A stretch of 64,000 nucleotides of DNA from IMG/VR virus record IMGVR_UViG_3300028569_000032. One strand, given 5' to 3'. The notes beneath the pieces were generated by a model that saw only the letters and a program-made list of their open reading frames with translations, did not search any database and was not told where the DNA came from. This DNA comes from an uncultured virus (IMG/VR IMGVR_UViG_3300028569_000032) (taxonomy: Duplodnaviria > Heunggongvirae > Uroviricota > Caudoviricetes). A program made the position numbers and the translations under genes. The first letter of the stretch is position 1. Each line of letters begins with the position of its first letter. Below are positions 42,113 through 52,872 of this stretch, one piece after another.

Positions 42113-43230
42113 TGAGTGGATCTTATGATATTTTGAGGTTAGCTGGATTGATTAATGAGGTTAGTGATATATTGATGGAGGTTGATTTTAGCAAGGGTGA
42201 CAAGGTTAAGGTTAGTTGGGAGAAGGGATACAGGGGTGATTTGACTGGGAATATTTCTGGCAATAATGAATATAGTGGTTTATGGAGGAAGAAGGTAGTT
42301 CCAGAGAGGGGTAAGGAATGGAAGTGTTGTTTATTGCATATTGAGCAGGATGGTGTTATTAAGTTTGACACGAATGTTGGGAATAAGGGTTTAGGGTCTT
42401 TGGTAATTGAGCCTCTTGTTTGTAAGGGTTGTGATGATTTGCATGATTTGATACCTTCTGATTTTGAGTATAAGATAAAGGATGATGTTTTATTTTTACG
42501 TTATAGGGGTGATGAGAAGAAGGTTGACAAGAGTGGTATTATTTATGGTAAGTTTAATGATAAGGTTAAGGAAGTGATAGATGACATTAAGAATGGTGTT
42601 GAATTTGAGGACAATGTAAAGAAGTTGAATTCTGGTGAGATTAAGTTGCCTAAGTATCCGGGTATTTTGATGAAGCCATCATATACTATGCAGCCTAGAG
42701 TATGGCCTGAGAGTTATGTTGATTACAATTTTCGTTTAGGTGGTAAGGATTATTCTATAAATTTTGTTAAGAAGATAGTTGGTGGTGTTCGTGATCCTGA
42801 TTACAGGGTTAATGATGATTTGGTTATTAATCAGGTTATTAGGGTTAGTGGAAGTAGTGGTGGTAGTGTTTTGAGTGGAGACGAGCGTGGTTACAGGTCT
42901 GATGGATTTGAGACTAGTCATGTTATAGGTGGTATGGGTTTTGAGGATTGGAAGGAAAGTATTCTTGATGATATTGAGTCTGGTTTATTATCTAGGGATG
43001 AATTTTTGGATAAGTTGAAGGAGATAGAGGATTTGCGTGATTCAATGGACAAGATTGTTTCTGATTACGATAAGTACAAGGATTATTTGTTGAAGTATTC
43101 ATTATTTGAGACAGATTTCAGGAAGTGGTTTGATAGTTTATCTGGATCTGAGAAGAGTTTATTTAGGAAGAACAGGTATGGTAGTGATAGTCCTGCTTCT
43201 TTATTTTTGGGATATAGTTTACCTGTTTGA
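42109..43230 (+). CDS. Hypothetical protein
   Basis: 373-aa ORF overlapping the upstream stop. Confidence 0.7.
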   Translation: MMSGSYDILRLAGLINEVSDILMEVDFSKGDKVKVSWEKGYRGDLTGNISGNNEYSGLWRKKVVPERGKEWKCCLLHIEQDGVIKFDTNVGNKGLGSLVIEPLVCKGCDDLHDLIPSDFEYKIKDDVLFLRYRGDEKKVDKSGIIYGKFNDKVKEVIDDIKNGVEFEDNVKKLNSGEIKLPKYPGILMKPSYTMQPRVWPESYVDYNFRLGGKDYSINFVKKIVGGVRDPDYRVNDDLVINQVIRVSGSSGGSVLSGDERGYRSDGFETSHVIGGMGFEDWKESILDDIESGLLSRDEFLDKLKEIEDLRDSMDKIVSDYDKYKDYLLKYSLFETDFRKWFDSLSGSEKSLFRKNRYGSDSPASLFLGYSLPV

Positions 43231-43253
43231 ATAAATTTGGTTGGAGATAATTC

Positions 43254-45065
43254 ATGTTAAACTTTCGTGAGTGGTTTTATTTTAATGAATCGATAGAAGC
43301 CAATATTGACATTTGGATAAATGGGGTTATTGACCCTAAGAAACCTGATGGTACACCTATACCATTGCCTCCTAATGAAGCTGAATTGAATAATTTTCAG
43401 GTTAGTCAGCAGCAAAAGCAATTGATGGTTGACAATTTGAATAAGTTTGATTTGAGTAATCCTGTTGATTCTGGTAAGAGAAAGTTAAAAATTACTGCTA
43501 ATCATGTGAAGTTTTTGCTTGGATTTATAAAGTCTAAACCTCAAGCATTGACTGAAGATTATGAAAGAGCATTGGATGCTCTTTTTTGGGCTTTGAGTTC
43601 AAACAGGGTAACAAAGCAGCAATTTGGAGTTGACAGTTACAATATTGGCAAGAACATTCAAGGATATATTGAAGAGAGGGACAGGGAAGAAGGTCCAAGT
43701 AAAAGAGAAGAGAAGAGGGATAAAAAAGAAGGCAAAGCAGATGATATTGATCCTTTGTATCAAGAAGGCAATATTAAATGTTATTATTTGCCAAAGATAA
43801 AATCCGATCTAAGCGAAGATGAAAAAAAGAAAGCAATTTTGGAAAGACATAAAATTTTGTGCAAGTATGGTAAAAATACTGGATGGTGTACTGCTTCTCC
43901 ATCAGGAACATATCATGAAATTTATAAATATGATGAAATTTACATAATTCACGATGACAATATTCCTGTATATCAATTTGTTCATTGCACAAAAGCAGTT
44001 AAATCTGAGCATTGTCAATTCATGGATATTAACGACAAAATGCCTAGTCAAGATGGTTTCATCAAGATGAAATTAAATGTTTACAAGTTTATCAAGAAAT
44101 ATTTTCCTGAAGTATTTGAATATTATGAATTAGAACAATATGCTATTGATGATATTGGCAAAATGGTTACGGACCTTGAAAACAATCCAGAAAATGAAGA
44201 GAAAATTTTGCAAGAATTGGAGGAAAAAGAAGGAGATTTTTCACATATAGCTCAGTTTTATGTTGATAAAAATCTTCCTATACCAGATTCTTTTCAAGAA
44301 TTTATTCTAAGAAATTATAAAAATATTTTAACTGATCATGATTGGAAGCCAAAGAGATTTGTTAATTTTATTGTCGATAATATAAACAACCCTTTATCTC
44401 AAAAAATATTGAATTCTGAATTAGATGATGTAAATATTCAACATCTTCTTAAAAATTCAAATAACATAAAAGAAATGGCAAAAGCATTAGGATCAGAAAA
44501 TATGAATAAATTGACTGATGATGATATTTATTATCTTCTTAAAGATGCAAAAAACTTAAGAGAAATGGCAACATTATTAGGAGTAGAAACTATAAATAAA
44601 TTGAATTATAGTAATATTTTTCAGCTTCTTAAAGATGCAAAAAACGTAAGAGAAATGGGAATGATATTGGGAAAAGAAAATATAAATAAATTAGGAATGA
44701 TTGGGTCTTATTATGTTTTTCAGCTTCTTAAAGATGCAAAAAACGTAAGAGAAATGGGAATGATATTGGGAAAAGAAAATATAAATAAATTGCATGATGA
44801 AGATTTTTTAGATTTAATCAGTTATTCAATTGAAAAAGATACAGAAGGATTGCTAGAGATAATGGGTGCAGAAATAATAAATAAAATTTCTCTAGGCACA
44901 TTAATTTCCATAAAAAAATCGATTCAAGATAATTATGTCAATAAAAATATAACTAGCGAAAAAAACTATAATAACAGAGAAAAAATATTGAATATATTAA
45001 ATCAAATAATAAAACCAAAATGGGATGATGCACATTCTAAATATTATCCATCATTGAAGTCATGA
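43254..45065 (+). CDS. Hypothetical protein with a GWCTAS motif and C-terminal helical repeats
   Basis: 603 aa; repeats such as QLLKDAKNVREMGMILGKENINKL. Confidence 0.75.
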   Translation: MLNFREWFYFNESIEANIDIWINGVIDPKKPDGTPIPLPPNEAELNNFQVSQQQKQLMVDNLNKFDLSNPVDSGKRKLKITANHVKFLLGFIKSKPQALTEDYERALDALFWALSSNRVTKQQFGVDSYNIGKNIQGYIEERDREEGPSKREEKRDKKEGKADDIDPLYQEGNIKCYYLPKIKSDLSEDEKKKAILERHKILCKYGKNTGWCTASPSGTYHEIYKYDEIYIIHDDNIPVYQFVHCTKAVKSEHCQFMDINDKMPSQDGFIKMKLNVYKFIKKYFPEVFEYYELEQYAIDDIGKMVTDLENNPENEEKILQELEEKEGDFSHIAQFYVDKNLPIPDSFQEFILRNYKNILTDHDWKPKRFVNFIVDNINNPLSQKILNSELDDVNIQHLLKNSNNIKEMAKALGSENMNKLTDDDIYYLLKDAKNLREMATLLGVETINKLNYSNIFQLLKDAKNVREMGMILGKENINKLGMIGSYYVFQLLKDAKNVREMGMILGKENINKLHDEDFLDLISYSIEKDTEGLLEIMGAEIINKISLGTLISIKKSIQDNYVNKNITSEKNYNNREKILNILNQIIKPKWDDAHSKYYPSLKS

Positions 45066-46454
45066 TTTATTTTTTAGCCATTGTTTGAATGTTGGCATGT
45101 TATGTTCTTTGAGCATACTTTTCCTCCAAGTTCCGCCTTTTTTCTTATACCATTTACTAGCATAGGCGTTACTGTTTCCAGTAATCATTATGCGACCTTT
45201 TTGACGCATTACCCATGTACTATATTCAGTTTGAGGACACCAAACATTTTGAATTTCATCATCAATAATTTTTACACCAACTAATGGCAGATATCGCTTA
45301 TCCAAAACGCTCCATGCTTGCACACCATCACTTCTTTTTTTTCCCACTTGGCTCACTCTGTGCCCAGTTAAAAATGCAGCCAGTTCAAATGCTTCTCCGT
45401 GATCTTTATTTTTTTGACTGAAACCATAAGATCCTTTTTTTCGATTCCACCCATCATAAATTATGGAAGCCATAAAGAATGATTCAAGTTGTTCAATCGA
45501 CATGTTTAGAATCGTTCCAACCCAATTTTGTTTGTATTTGCTTTCAAGAATTGGCCTACTACTTCGATATTGTTCATCTAATTTTGCACTTATTAATAAG
45601 TTGCCATTCTTTAATAAATCTTTAGTTTCTACGAATTTTTTTCCCTTTTTTTTGCGGACATTTTGTAAAAATTCTTCATAGTTACAATCTTTGTATTTTT
45701 TGTACCAATATTGAATGCTTTTATTGTTTTTTTTAATATTTGATATTTTTTCATTGCCTAATTTTATATCTTGTATTAAGGAAAAATATCGATTAATTTT
45801 TTTCAAATCAATTTCTTCTTCAAAAGAATTTCTAAAATATAACCATTTATGATTTGGTGTGCAGGTTATATCAAAGCTTAACTTTTTCATTTTTACTGTT
45901 TTTGTTTTTTCATAATAATGTATATCTTGTATTTCTGTCCATTTAAGAGTGTCGCTTTTAGGATCATAAGCTAAAATTTCTTCTTTAGGATTTAATTTAT
46001 CATATTTTTTCCAACCATTTTTAGTTAAAGCCTCAGAGTAAAGTGGAACGCAATATGCACTGGGATGTACGTCAAATTTGCTTTTGGCTATTGATTGGGC
46101 TCTTGACCATAGTTTTGGGTTATTTGGTTTGTTTTTAGATTCTGATAGGTTTATATCTTCTTTAAGGTTTTCGTGTGAAACTGTTATAGGTTTTCTTCCT
46201 TTGTGATGTTTTTCTTTTTTTTCTGCTCTACGTTTTTGTTGTGTTGCTTTTTGTTTGAGTTCTTTGCTCATTTTAGTTGCTTCTTTTGCTGGTCGGCATT
46301 TTGGGTATGCTTTTTTCTGGTTATCTTTTCTTTTTTCGGCGCTATCTCCGCATTCTGGATGTTTTCCTGATTTATCTTTTCTGGAAATGTCAACCCATTT
46401 CTCATCAAACCATTTGCCTAGACCAGAATTTTTGTATGTTTCATTGATTGCCAT
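45060..46454 (-). CDS. Intein-containing phage protein (DUF5872-like host)
   Basis: GLGKWFDEKWVDI..CG..YPKCRP; PSAY|C...N|SNAYASKWYKKKGG. Confidence 0.75.
   Translation of the reverse strand: MAINETYKNSGLGKWFDEKWVDISRKDKSGKHPECGDSAEKRKDNQKKAYPKCRPAKEATKMSKELKQKATQQKRRAEKKEKHHKGRKPITVSHENLKEDINLSESKNKPNNPKLWSRAQSIAKSKFDVHPSAYCVPLYSEALTKNGWKKYDKLNPKEEILAYDPKSDTLKWTEIQDIHYYEKTKTVKMKKLSFDITCTPNHKWLYFRNSFEEEIDLKKINRYFSLIQDIKLGNEKISNIKKNNKSIQYWYKKYKDCNYEEFLQNVRKKKGKKFVETKDLLKNGNLLISAKLDEQYRSSRPILESKYKQNWVGTILNMSIEQLESFFMASIIYDGWNRKKGSYGFSQKNKDHGEAFELAAFLTGHRVSQVGKKRSDGVQAWSVLDKRYLPLVGVKIIDDEIQNVWCPQTEYSTWVMRQKGRIMITGNSNAYASKWYKKKGGTWRKSMLKEHNMPTFKQWLKNKS
45174..46052 (-). mobile_element. Intein, 293 aa
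   Basis: N-terminal CVPLYSEALTKNGWK, block B CTPNHKW, C-terminal VWCPQT...ITGN followed by Ser; degenerate LAGLIDADG-like FFMASIIYDG. Confidence 0.88.
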
Positions 46455-46517
46455 GATAATTTATTTATTGAAATAGTTCAATTTTCTATGAACTATTTCA
46501 ATGATTTTTGATTTGGT

Positions 46518-47609
46518 TTACAAAGTAGAATTTTTAGGTTGGTTGAGATTATATGAAGTTCCTGTATCGATCATAGTTCCTGCGAATGATTCAGAGTTGA
46601 CAAATACTGCTGGGAAGTGCATCCACTTTCTTTCTGCTCTTTTAGTACCGTGGGCTACTCTTCTCCAGTGACCTTTTCTCCAGTGTGGTTTTAAGGTTTT
46701 GGCTATTTCGCTTATTGTGTTGTTGTTTTTGCTTTCTGAATTGAAAGTCTTGAGGTTTGGCTGAAATGACCAGAATGTTGCTTCTGGGAAAAGGTTGAAG
46801 TTACCAGTCCCTCTCATAGTTCTTCGGAACTGTTGTTGTAGTGGGTGGTTTGGTCCTTTATCGAGTCTGATCATGGCGTTATTTCTTTGAGCAAGAAGTA
46901 TTGAGTTGATAGCAAGTTTAGTTGCATCGATGCTAGTTTTTAGCATTACTTCTTTAATTTGTTGTGAATCTAGTTTATCTTGGATTGTTTCAAATGTACT
47001 TAATTTTTTGGGGAAGAATGTAAGGCATCCGTGAGCCACTTCATTACAGTGTTCTGGGTGCTGGAGGAATTCTAGCAGGAGATATCCTTTTTCTGGGTCG
47101 TGTCTGACGAAGCATAAGCTTGGGAACATTTCCCCTTTTTTATTGTAATGGTCTTTGAGTTCATCAGGAAAATTAACGATCATGAGTGGGTACATGGAGG
47201 TGAAGTCATCAACATCGAGATTAACATCGGTGTTAATCAGTCCTATTGCCTGATCCATTGACAGATTGAGTTCATGAATTCCGAATTTTCGGAATTCTTG
47301 TAGAAACATAATTTGTCTTACTGCGCCTTGATATTCTGGCGATGAAATTCCTTGTGTTGCTTCTTGTTGGAGTTGGACTAGAAACATGAATTCAGTGTTG
47401 CCTGAGAATGCAAGAGAAGATGGTCTTTTGTTGATTCCGCCTATGACGAGGCTTTCAGTTTTATTGACATCAACATGTTGCCAACCATATGATTGGATTT
47501 TTTGAGCTTTCATACCATTATCTGCGAATTCCTGCTCAATGAGAGTGTTGGCAGTTTTCTCGATTTTAGTGTTGTATTGAATCCAGTTAGCGAATACACC
47601 TTTCATCAC
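46518..47609 (-). CDS. Hypothetical phage protein (PHWRKGHWRR motif)
   Basis: 363 aa, AGGAGG SD. Confidence 0.7.
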   Translation of the reverse strand: MMKGVFANWIQYNTKIEKTANTLIEQEFADNGMKAQKIQSYGWQHVDVNKTESLVIGGINKRPSSLAFSGNTEFMFLVQLQQEATQGISSPEYQGAVRQIMFLQEFRKFGIHELNLSMDQAIGLINTDVNLDVDDFTSMYPLMIVNFPDELKDHYNKKGEMFPSLCFVRHDPEKGYLLLEFLQHPEHCNEVAHGCLTFFPKKLSTFETIQDKLDSQQIKEVMLKTSIDATKLAINSILLAQRNNAMIRLDKGPNHPLQQQFRRTMRGTGNFNLFPEATFWSFQPNLKTFNSESKNNNTISEIAKTLKPHWRKGHWRRVAHGTKRAERKWMHFPAVFVNSESFAGTMIDTGTSYNLNQPKNSTL

Positions 47610-47657
47610 ATTGTCCTCCTGACTTTGATGATATGGTTTTTATTTTTGGTTGTAAAG

Positions 47658-48512
47658 TCAGATATGAAGAATAAGGTTTTTAAGGTGATTCCACTTTAGG
47701 TATTCTGAGTAAACTGGGTTTGGTGAGTATTGTGCATGGAATTCTGGGTTGTGTAGATCTATTTGGAAGTTGTTATTTTTTATAGCTTCGTACATCAGTT
47801 GATATTCATGTGAGTAGGAATATTTTTGGTTTATTTGGGCGACATCGAGTAGTCTTTGGAATACAGTTTGGTCCCACTTGAAGTGATGGACCTGTACTAG
47901 TTTTTGGTTTACTGGGTATCTTTTGGGGTGTAGCCATCCTTTAGTTCCCCAGACTGTATTTTGTCCTTCCATGATATAATGTTGGCCATTGGACAGTTTA
48001 ATGTGTCCTTTGGCAAGGCATGTTTTATTTGGACAGGCTTTGGATAATGGGTGGCGGAAGAATGATGCTATTGGGAATAGTTCCCATAGGTTTGAGTCTG
48101 GTTTTATTTCTGGGAAAGTTCCATGTGGTCCTATTCTGTCAACGAATCCACCAGAGACGTATTCCCATCCATGTTTATCACAATCTTGGATTAGGTCTTC
48201 GATTGGTTCCCAGTATAGTTGTAGTTCATCGTCATCGGCTATTATCCACCAGTCGTTTGGGTAGATGTTTTTTATTTCATTATAGATGTTGGTAACTTGT
48301 TCCCAGTCGAATGGTCTATGAGTTCTGACTGTATGGATATTGAATCCTTCTTCTTTAGCTATTTGTTCGACTTCATCTTTGGTAGATTTATTTGAATTTT
48401 CGTGTTCATAAACGACTATGAAAGCATCTCTTACATCATTTTTATAATGATTGAGTTGATGTTTGAGCGCATTGGTTCTGTGACCTGTAACTGTTACGAG
48501 TATTGGCTTCAT
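47658..48512 (-). CDS. Glycosyltransferase family 2-like
   Basis: WWIIADDDE DxD motif, GQH, HHFKW. Confidence 0.7.
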   Translation of the reverse strand: MKPILVTVTGHRTNALKHQLNHYKNDVRDAFIVVYEHENSNKSTKDEVEQIAKEEGFNIHTVRTHRPFDWEQVTNIYNEIKNIYPNDWWIIADDDELQLYWEPIEDLIQDCDKHGWEYVSGGFVDRIGPHGTFPEIKPDSNLWELFPIASFFRHPLSKACPNKTCLAKGHIKLSNGQHYIMEGQNTVWGTKGWLHPKRYPVNQKLVQVHHFKWDQTVFQRLLDVAQINQKYSYSHEYQLMYEAIKNNNFQIDLHNPEFHAQYSPNPVYSEYLKWNHLKNLILHI

Positions 48513-49204
48513 GATCTTATGATTTCTATGTAGTTTGGTTCTTCTTTAATGGTTGTGTATTTTGATATTTGTCCTACATATTCTTCTGAGGATATGATTG
48601 CGTTTTGTCTATTTGTTAGATGTTTGCGCTTTTCTGGGTAGTTAGCTGTTCTTAGTGAGTCATCATGTGGAATGTGATAGAGGAATTTATCGATTTCCAT
48701 GATTATAATTCTTTCTAGTCCTATTTTTTCTAATCGTCTGTAGAAGTCTTCGTCGTCCCATCCCCATCCACGGAATTTTTCGTTATATCCATTGATTTTG
48801 ATTGCATCTTCTTTTTTGAAGAATGAGAAGCCGTGGAAGTCCCATTTGTTCCTTACAGTCCCGCAGTAGAAATTATTTTTATCTATTTGGAACATGTTGA
48901 TTAGTTCTGGGTTTATGAGTTTGTAGTCAATATCGCATTTGAGTATATGATCATATTTGGCATGGTTGAGTGCGACATTGAGAGAGAAGCCCATTGACAT
49001 GAATGATTTTTCGTCATTTACTCTTACTATTTTTGTTTTATGGTGGTTTGTTATTGGAGTTAGGTCTGGGTCTGTTTTAATTGGGTTGGTTGATGACCAG
49101 TCAACGATTAGTATTTCGTCTATTTGTGGGTGATTGATCCAAGTTTCGAGGCATGGTATGACTCTATCAGATCTATTCATGACTGGTACTATGAGGCTTA
49201 TCAT
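48509..49204 (-). CDS. Glycosyltransferase (GT2/GT7-like)
   Basis: ISLIVPVMNR, IVDWSS, CDID, NGYNEKFRGWGWDDEDF. Confidence 0.85.
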   Translation of the reverse strand: MISLIVPVMNRSDRVIPCLETWINHPQIDEILIVDWSSTNPIKTDPDLTPITNHHKTKIVRVNDEKSFMSMGFSLNVALNHAKYDHILKCDIDYKLINPELINMFQIDKNNFYCGTVRNKWDFHGFSFFKKEDAIKINGYNEKFRGWGWDDEDFYRRLEKIGLERIIIMEIDKFLYHIPHDDSLRTANYPEKRKHLTNRQNAIISSEEYVGQISKYTTIKEEPNYIEIIRS

Positions 49205-49529
49205 AATTTAGCGAGAAAACCAATCTGTTATAAGTATAGATTACATGATTGTAATATAATATATATTATATGATACCATTATTCAAATGGTATAGGTTGT
49301 AGTCGTGTTCATGACAGGAATGATAAGCATCCATGTTTAGGTGGTTTGGGTAATTTGCAGGGAACTGATTATGTCATTGAGAGGATGGTATCGATACCAT
49401 GTGGGTGGTGGGTTGGTCGTGAAGATCTAGAGTATATTGTCAGTTCTGTTCGTAGTGGTTGGTGATTTTGCTTTACAGGCAAGATTTTTCCTTATATATT
49501 GTTTGTAGTGATGTCATGGGTATGGGAGC

Positions 49530-50114
49530 ATGATGATGTTAAATTACAATGATCTTTGGAGGCCTGTATTTTTTATTGATATGGAGGGAACTATTCTTTC
49601 CACTATTAGTGATAATTTATTGAAAAGACATGATGATCGAAAAAATTTGAAGGATTTTTCCGATTATGTCAAGAGTAAGGGATTTCAGTTAGATGATAGG
49701 CATTTGGTATTGAGGCCGGGAATCAAGGTTTTGTTGCGTGGCTTAAGGGAATTAGGCAAGGTTGTTTTGTTCAGTGGTGCAAATCAATCTGAGGTTAATG
49801 AGAATGTAAAGGCTTGTGGTCTGGAAGATTTGTTGGATGGTTGGTTTGGTGCAGGTTCTGGTTTAGGCTCTAATGGCTGGCCTTTGGTTGGTGATGGTGG
49901 TTTTTGTTTGATTGATGATTCTTATAGTGCTGGCAAGTTGAGTATTATTTTGGACAGGCTTTCAGATGAAGCTGATATGGAGCGTCATTTAATTAAGGTT
50001 GATAGTTTCAATGGTGATGATTCAGACTTAGAGTGTCATCGAGTTTTGAAGATGTTTCAATCTCGATGTGCAAGTGGTCTTTATTATTCTGTTTCTTCTA
50101 AGGAAGAAGTTTAG
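49530..50114 (+). CDS. HAD/NIF-like phosphatase
   Basis: FIDMEGTI, LRPG, LIDDS. Confidence 0.65.
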   Translation: MMMLNYNDLWRPVFFIDMEGTILSTISDNLLKRHDDRKNLKDFSDYVKSKGFQLDDRHLVLRPGIKVLLRGLRELGKVVLFSGANQSEVNENVKACGLEDLLDGWFGAGSGLGSNGWPLVGDGGFCLIDDSYSAGKLSIILDRLSDEADMERHLIKVDSFNGDDSDLECHRVLKMFQSRCASGLYYSVSSKEEV

Positions 50115-50122
50115 TCTACTCC

Positions 50123-50485
50123 TTACACTTCTTCGTCACCGTAGTGAAATTTCCACTCAAAGAATTTGAGTATTTCTGGCATATCATTTAGGTTTATTAT
50201 GTCAGTGCTATTTATGACATAACCTTTGCCATCTGATGTTACCATTCTGTATTGTCCTTCTTTAGTTTGTTGCAAATATATGATTTCCCCTGCTTTTGTT
50301 GTTCTTCTTGAAAATGTATCATCTTTGTAAAAAAGTAGTTCGTATTTTGATCCTGATTTTTTAATTTCTACTGATATTCCTTTTGATCTTAAGGAGTGAT
50401 GATATTTATCAGTTGGTAATGGTTCCATTTCATGGACTTTACTTTCAATTTTCAATCTTTTGGAGAGCCACTTATTGAATTTCAT
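50123..50485 (-). CDS. Hypothetical protein (MKFNKWL motif)
   Basis: 120-aa ORF. Confidence 0.6.
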   Translation of the reverse strand: MKFNKWLSKRLKIESKVHEMEPLPTDKYHHSLRSKGISVEIKKSGSKYELLFYKDDTFSRRTTKAGEIIYLQQTKEGQYRMVTSDGKGYVINSTDIINLNDMPEILKFFEWKFHYGDEEV

Positions 50486-50539
50486 TTTTTCCTTAGATAT
50501 ATCTTTGTATAATTATTTACACACTAATTTAGGAAATTT

Positions 50540-51052
50540 ATGTTTAATTATGATTTATTTTTACGCAAGGCTGACAAGAGTGATTTGAAGGAAATGTATG
50601 ATTTGAAGCAAGAGGTCTATGAATTTCATCATAGGGTAGCGATATTGAATGATGAAGACCAATCAAGATGGTTTGATGTTATTGATAGAGATGTCTATCA
50701 TCCAAAGAATCTTATTTTGATTGGTATAGATCCAGAAATAGATGAAAGTGTTGGTATTTTGTTTTTAACGAACATTAATTACATCAATGGAACAGCGGAT
50801 GTTGGTTGTGACATATACAAGAATTATCGTGGTAAGGGTTTTGGCAATCGTCTGATGAAGTCTGGGATTAAATTTTGCCGTGAAATTTTTAATCTTAGGA
50901 AATTGAGTTGTGAGGTTCTGGATTTGAATATAATTAGTCAGAAGATGTGTGAGAGGTGCGGTTTTGTTCGTGAAGGAGTTCGCATTCAACATGTTTACAA
51001 GGGAGGTAAATATGTTGACAGTGTGATTTATGGTTGCTTTTTGAAGGATTAA
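50540..51052 (+). CDS. GNAT (RimL/RimJ-like) acetyltransferase
   Basis: YRGKGFG...NIISQKMCERCGFVREG. Confidence 0.85.
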   Translation: MFNYDLFLRKADKSDLKEMYDLKQEVYEFHHRVAILNDEDQSRWFDVIDRDVYHPKNLILIGIDPEIDESVGILFLTNINYINGTADVGCDIYKNYRGKGFGNRLMKSGIKFCREIFNLRKLSCEVLDLNIISQKMCERCGFVREGVRIQHVYKGGKYVDSVIYGCFLKD

Positions 51053-51303
51053 TTATGGCAAGTTTAGCATTACTTGTTTCGATAGTTTTATTATCGATTC
51101 TGGTTTCTGGTCCTATAGTTTACATTTTGTCTTGTATCAGGTTTATTCCTGACTGGATGATTTGGACTATAGGTATTATTGTTTTTTTATTGGGTTTTCA
51201 CTGGTTGATCATGATGCCTACTTGGCCGATTAATTTCTTAGGATTTGTTCCGATGTTATTTTGTGTATGGGCTATAAATAAAAGAAAGAAAAGGAACAAA
51301 TAA
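51034..51303 (+). CDS. Small membrane protein
   Basis: Three hydrophobic stretches and a basic C-terminus. Confidence 0.55.
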   Translation: MLFEGLIMASLALLVSIVLLSILVSGPIVYILSCIRFIPDWMIWTIGIIVFLLGFHWLIMMPTWPINFLGFVPMLFCVWAINKRKKRNK

Positions 51304-51656
51304 TGTATGCGTGGCTTAAGCTTTCTGGATTAAATGAATCAGCATCCGAAGAGATGAGTGAATTTGCATTGAAGCGTCATGCTGGTGCAAAGAAGATTGT
51401 TGACAATGCAAAAGAGAAGGGCGGAGTTGCTCTTTTAACTTATAACCACTTCAAGGTTAAGCTGCCTTACTATGCTTCAGTTGCTGATGGTAAGTTTGAA
51501 TTTGATAAGTTGAAGAAAGAATATGTTTCTAAATGCAGTGAATTACACAGTCACATGAACAAGATTGAAGAGATGGATCAGACTGATTTTCAGAAATTGC
51601 TTGGTGAGTTGGAAGTTTTGGGAGAATTGTTGATTCGAGATAAGACCGGAGATTAA
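51303..51656 (+). CDS. Hypothetical protein
   Basis: TAATG overlap with the upstream gene. Confidence 0.6.
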   Translation: MYAWLKLSGLNESASEEMSEFALKRHAGAKKIVDNAKEKGGVALLTYNHFKVKLPYYASVADGKFEFDKLKKEYVSKCSELHSHMNKIEEMDQTDFQKLLGELEVLGELLIRDKTGD

Positions 51657-52069
51657 TCTGCAAAGACAGTAGTCCAATAAGGTTTATCAAAGCTATTTCT
51701 TGCCATTCCAAAACCTATTTTAGTGAATCTTTTATTCAGGATGTTAGCTCTGTGACCGGGGCTATTCATCCATGCTTCCGTCACTTTCTCTTCATCTTTT
51801 TGGTTATAAGCTATATTTTCCCCTGCTGTACTAAAGTTGCTTAGAAGGTTGTTGATTCTTGAATGAGTCATAGAGTTTTTCTTTACCATCCATTCTGAAT
51901 GTTTTTGTGCATATTCATTGAGTTTCTCGTCTATGACAAATGGTTTAAGACGGTTTTGTTCTCTTTGAACATTATGAAAGTATAAAAGCTTGTCATTATC
52001 TGCTTTTGGCAGATTTTTTTGTCCGCATCCGATGATAAAAAGAAGAATCAGTAATAGCTTTCTCATCAT
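51653..52069 (-). CDS. CAP/SCP-domain lipoprotein
   Basis: Lipobox IIGC; GENIAY...WMNSPGHRANIL...YWT. Confidence 0.88.
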   Translation of the reverse strand: MMRKLLLILLFIIGCGQKNLPKADNDKLLYFHNVQREQNRLKPFVIDEKLNEYAQKHSEWMVKKNSMTHSRINNLLSNFSTAGENIAYNQKDEEKVTEAWMNSPGHRANILNKRFTKIGFGMARNSFDKPYWTTVFAD

Positions 52070-52872
52070 TGCACCTAATTCTTTTTTAACTGTTTGTTTA
52101 GCTTCATCATCTTTTCAATAAATTTTTCTGATGGTGTGACAAATGTGTATGTGATTGTTTCGTCTTTTTCTTGGTAGACTGGAGTGTCATAGATTTTTTT
52201 CAATTTTTTCATGCAATCAATGTGCATTCTTGCTTTTATATTATTTGTCATTTGAGAGAACATAAAAGCAATAATGGCGATGCATACCAATGAAACGCAA
52301 GATGCCATAAAATACATGGAATACAAGAAGAGAGTTATTGCACAGCCAGTGCAGACTGATAGTCTAAAAATATCGAATTTATCAAAAATCTTTGGTGATT
52401 TTGAGATAACGAGAAAATAATTTTTCTTTTTATCTTCTGGGTACATGAAATTTGTGATCATAAATTCATCTTTCTTTACTTATATATTTCTCTATCAAAA
52501 ACAAAAACTGATAAGAACAAGGAGGGGATAAGCATAAGTTTATCCCCTCCTATTTTAATTTAGTATTGGCAACATTCTTCTGGAGGGGTGTCTTTATGTC
52601 TTGGACATTCTCCTTGTTTTTTATGTTGTTCACCGCAACCTGTTTCTTTGGCGCAGCATCCTTTAGATTGTTTTTCTTCTGAGATTTCGTCCTCAAAAGA
52701 TTTCATTTGTTGATCGAACATCATAGCCATTGACAGTGCCATTTGTTGAGCATCTGTAAGGTTTGATGTATCTTCATCGATTTCTTCTGGAAGTGGTGGA
52801 TCAGACTCGACTAAGAGGCTGACACCTTCTTCCATGTCTTCAAAAGTGATCGTTACTTTGGCCATTGGAAAC

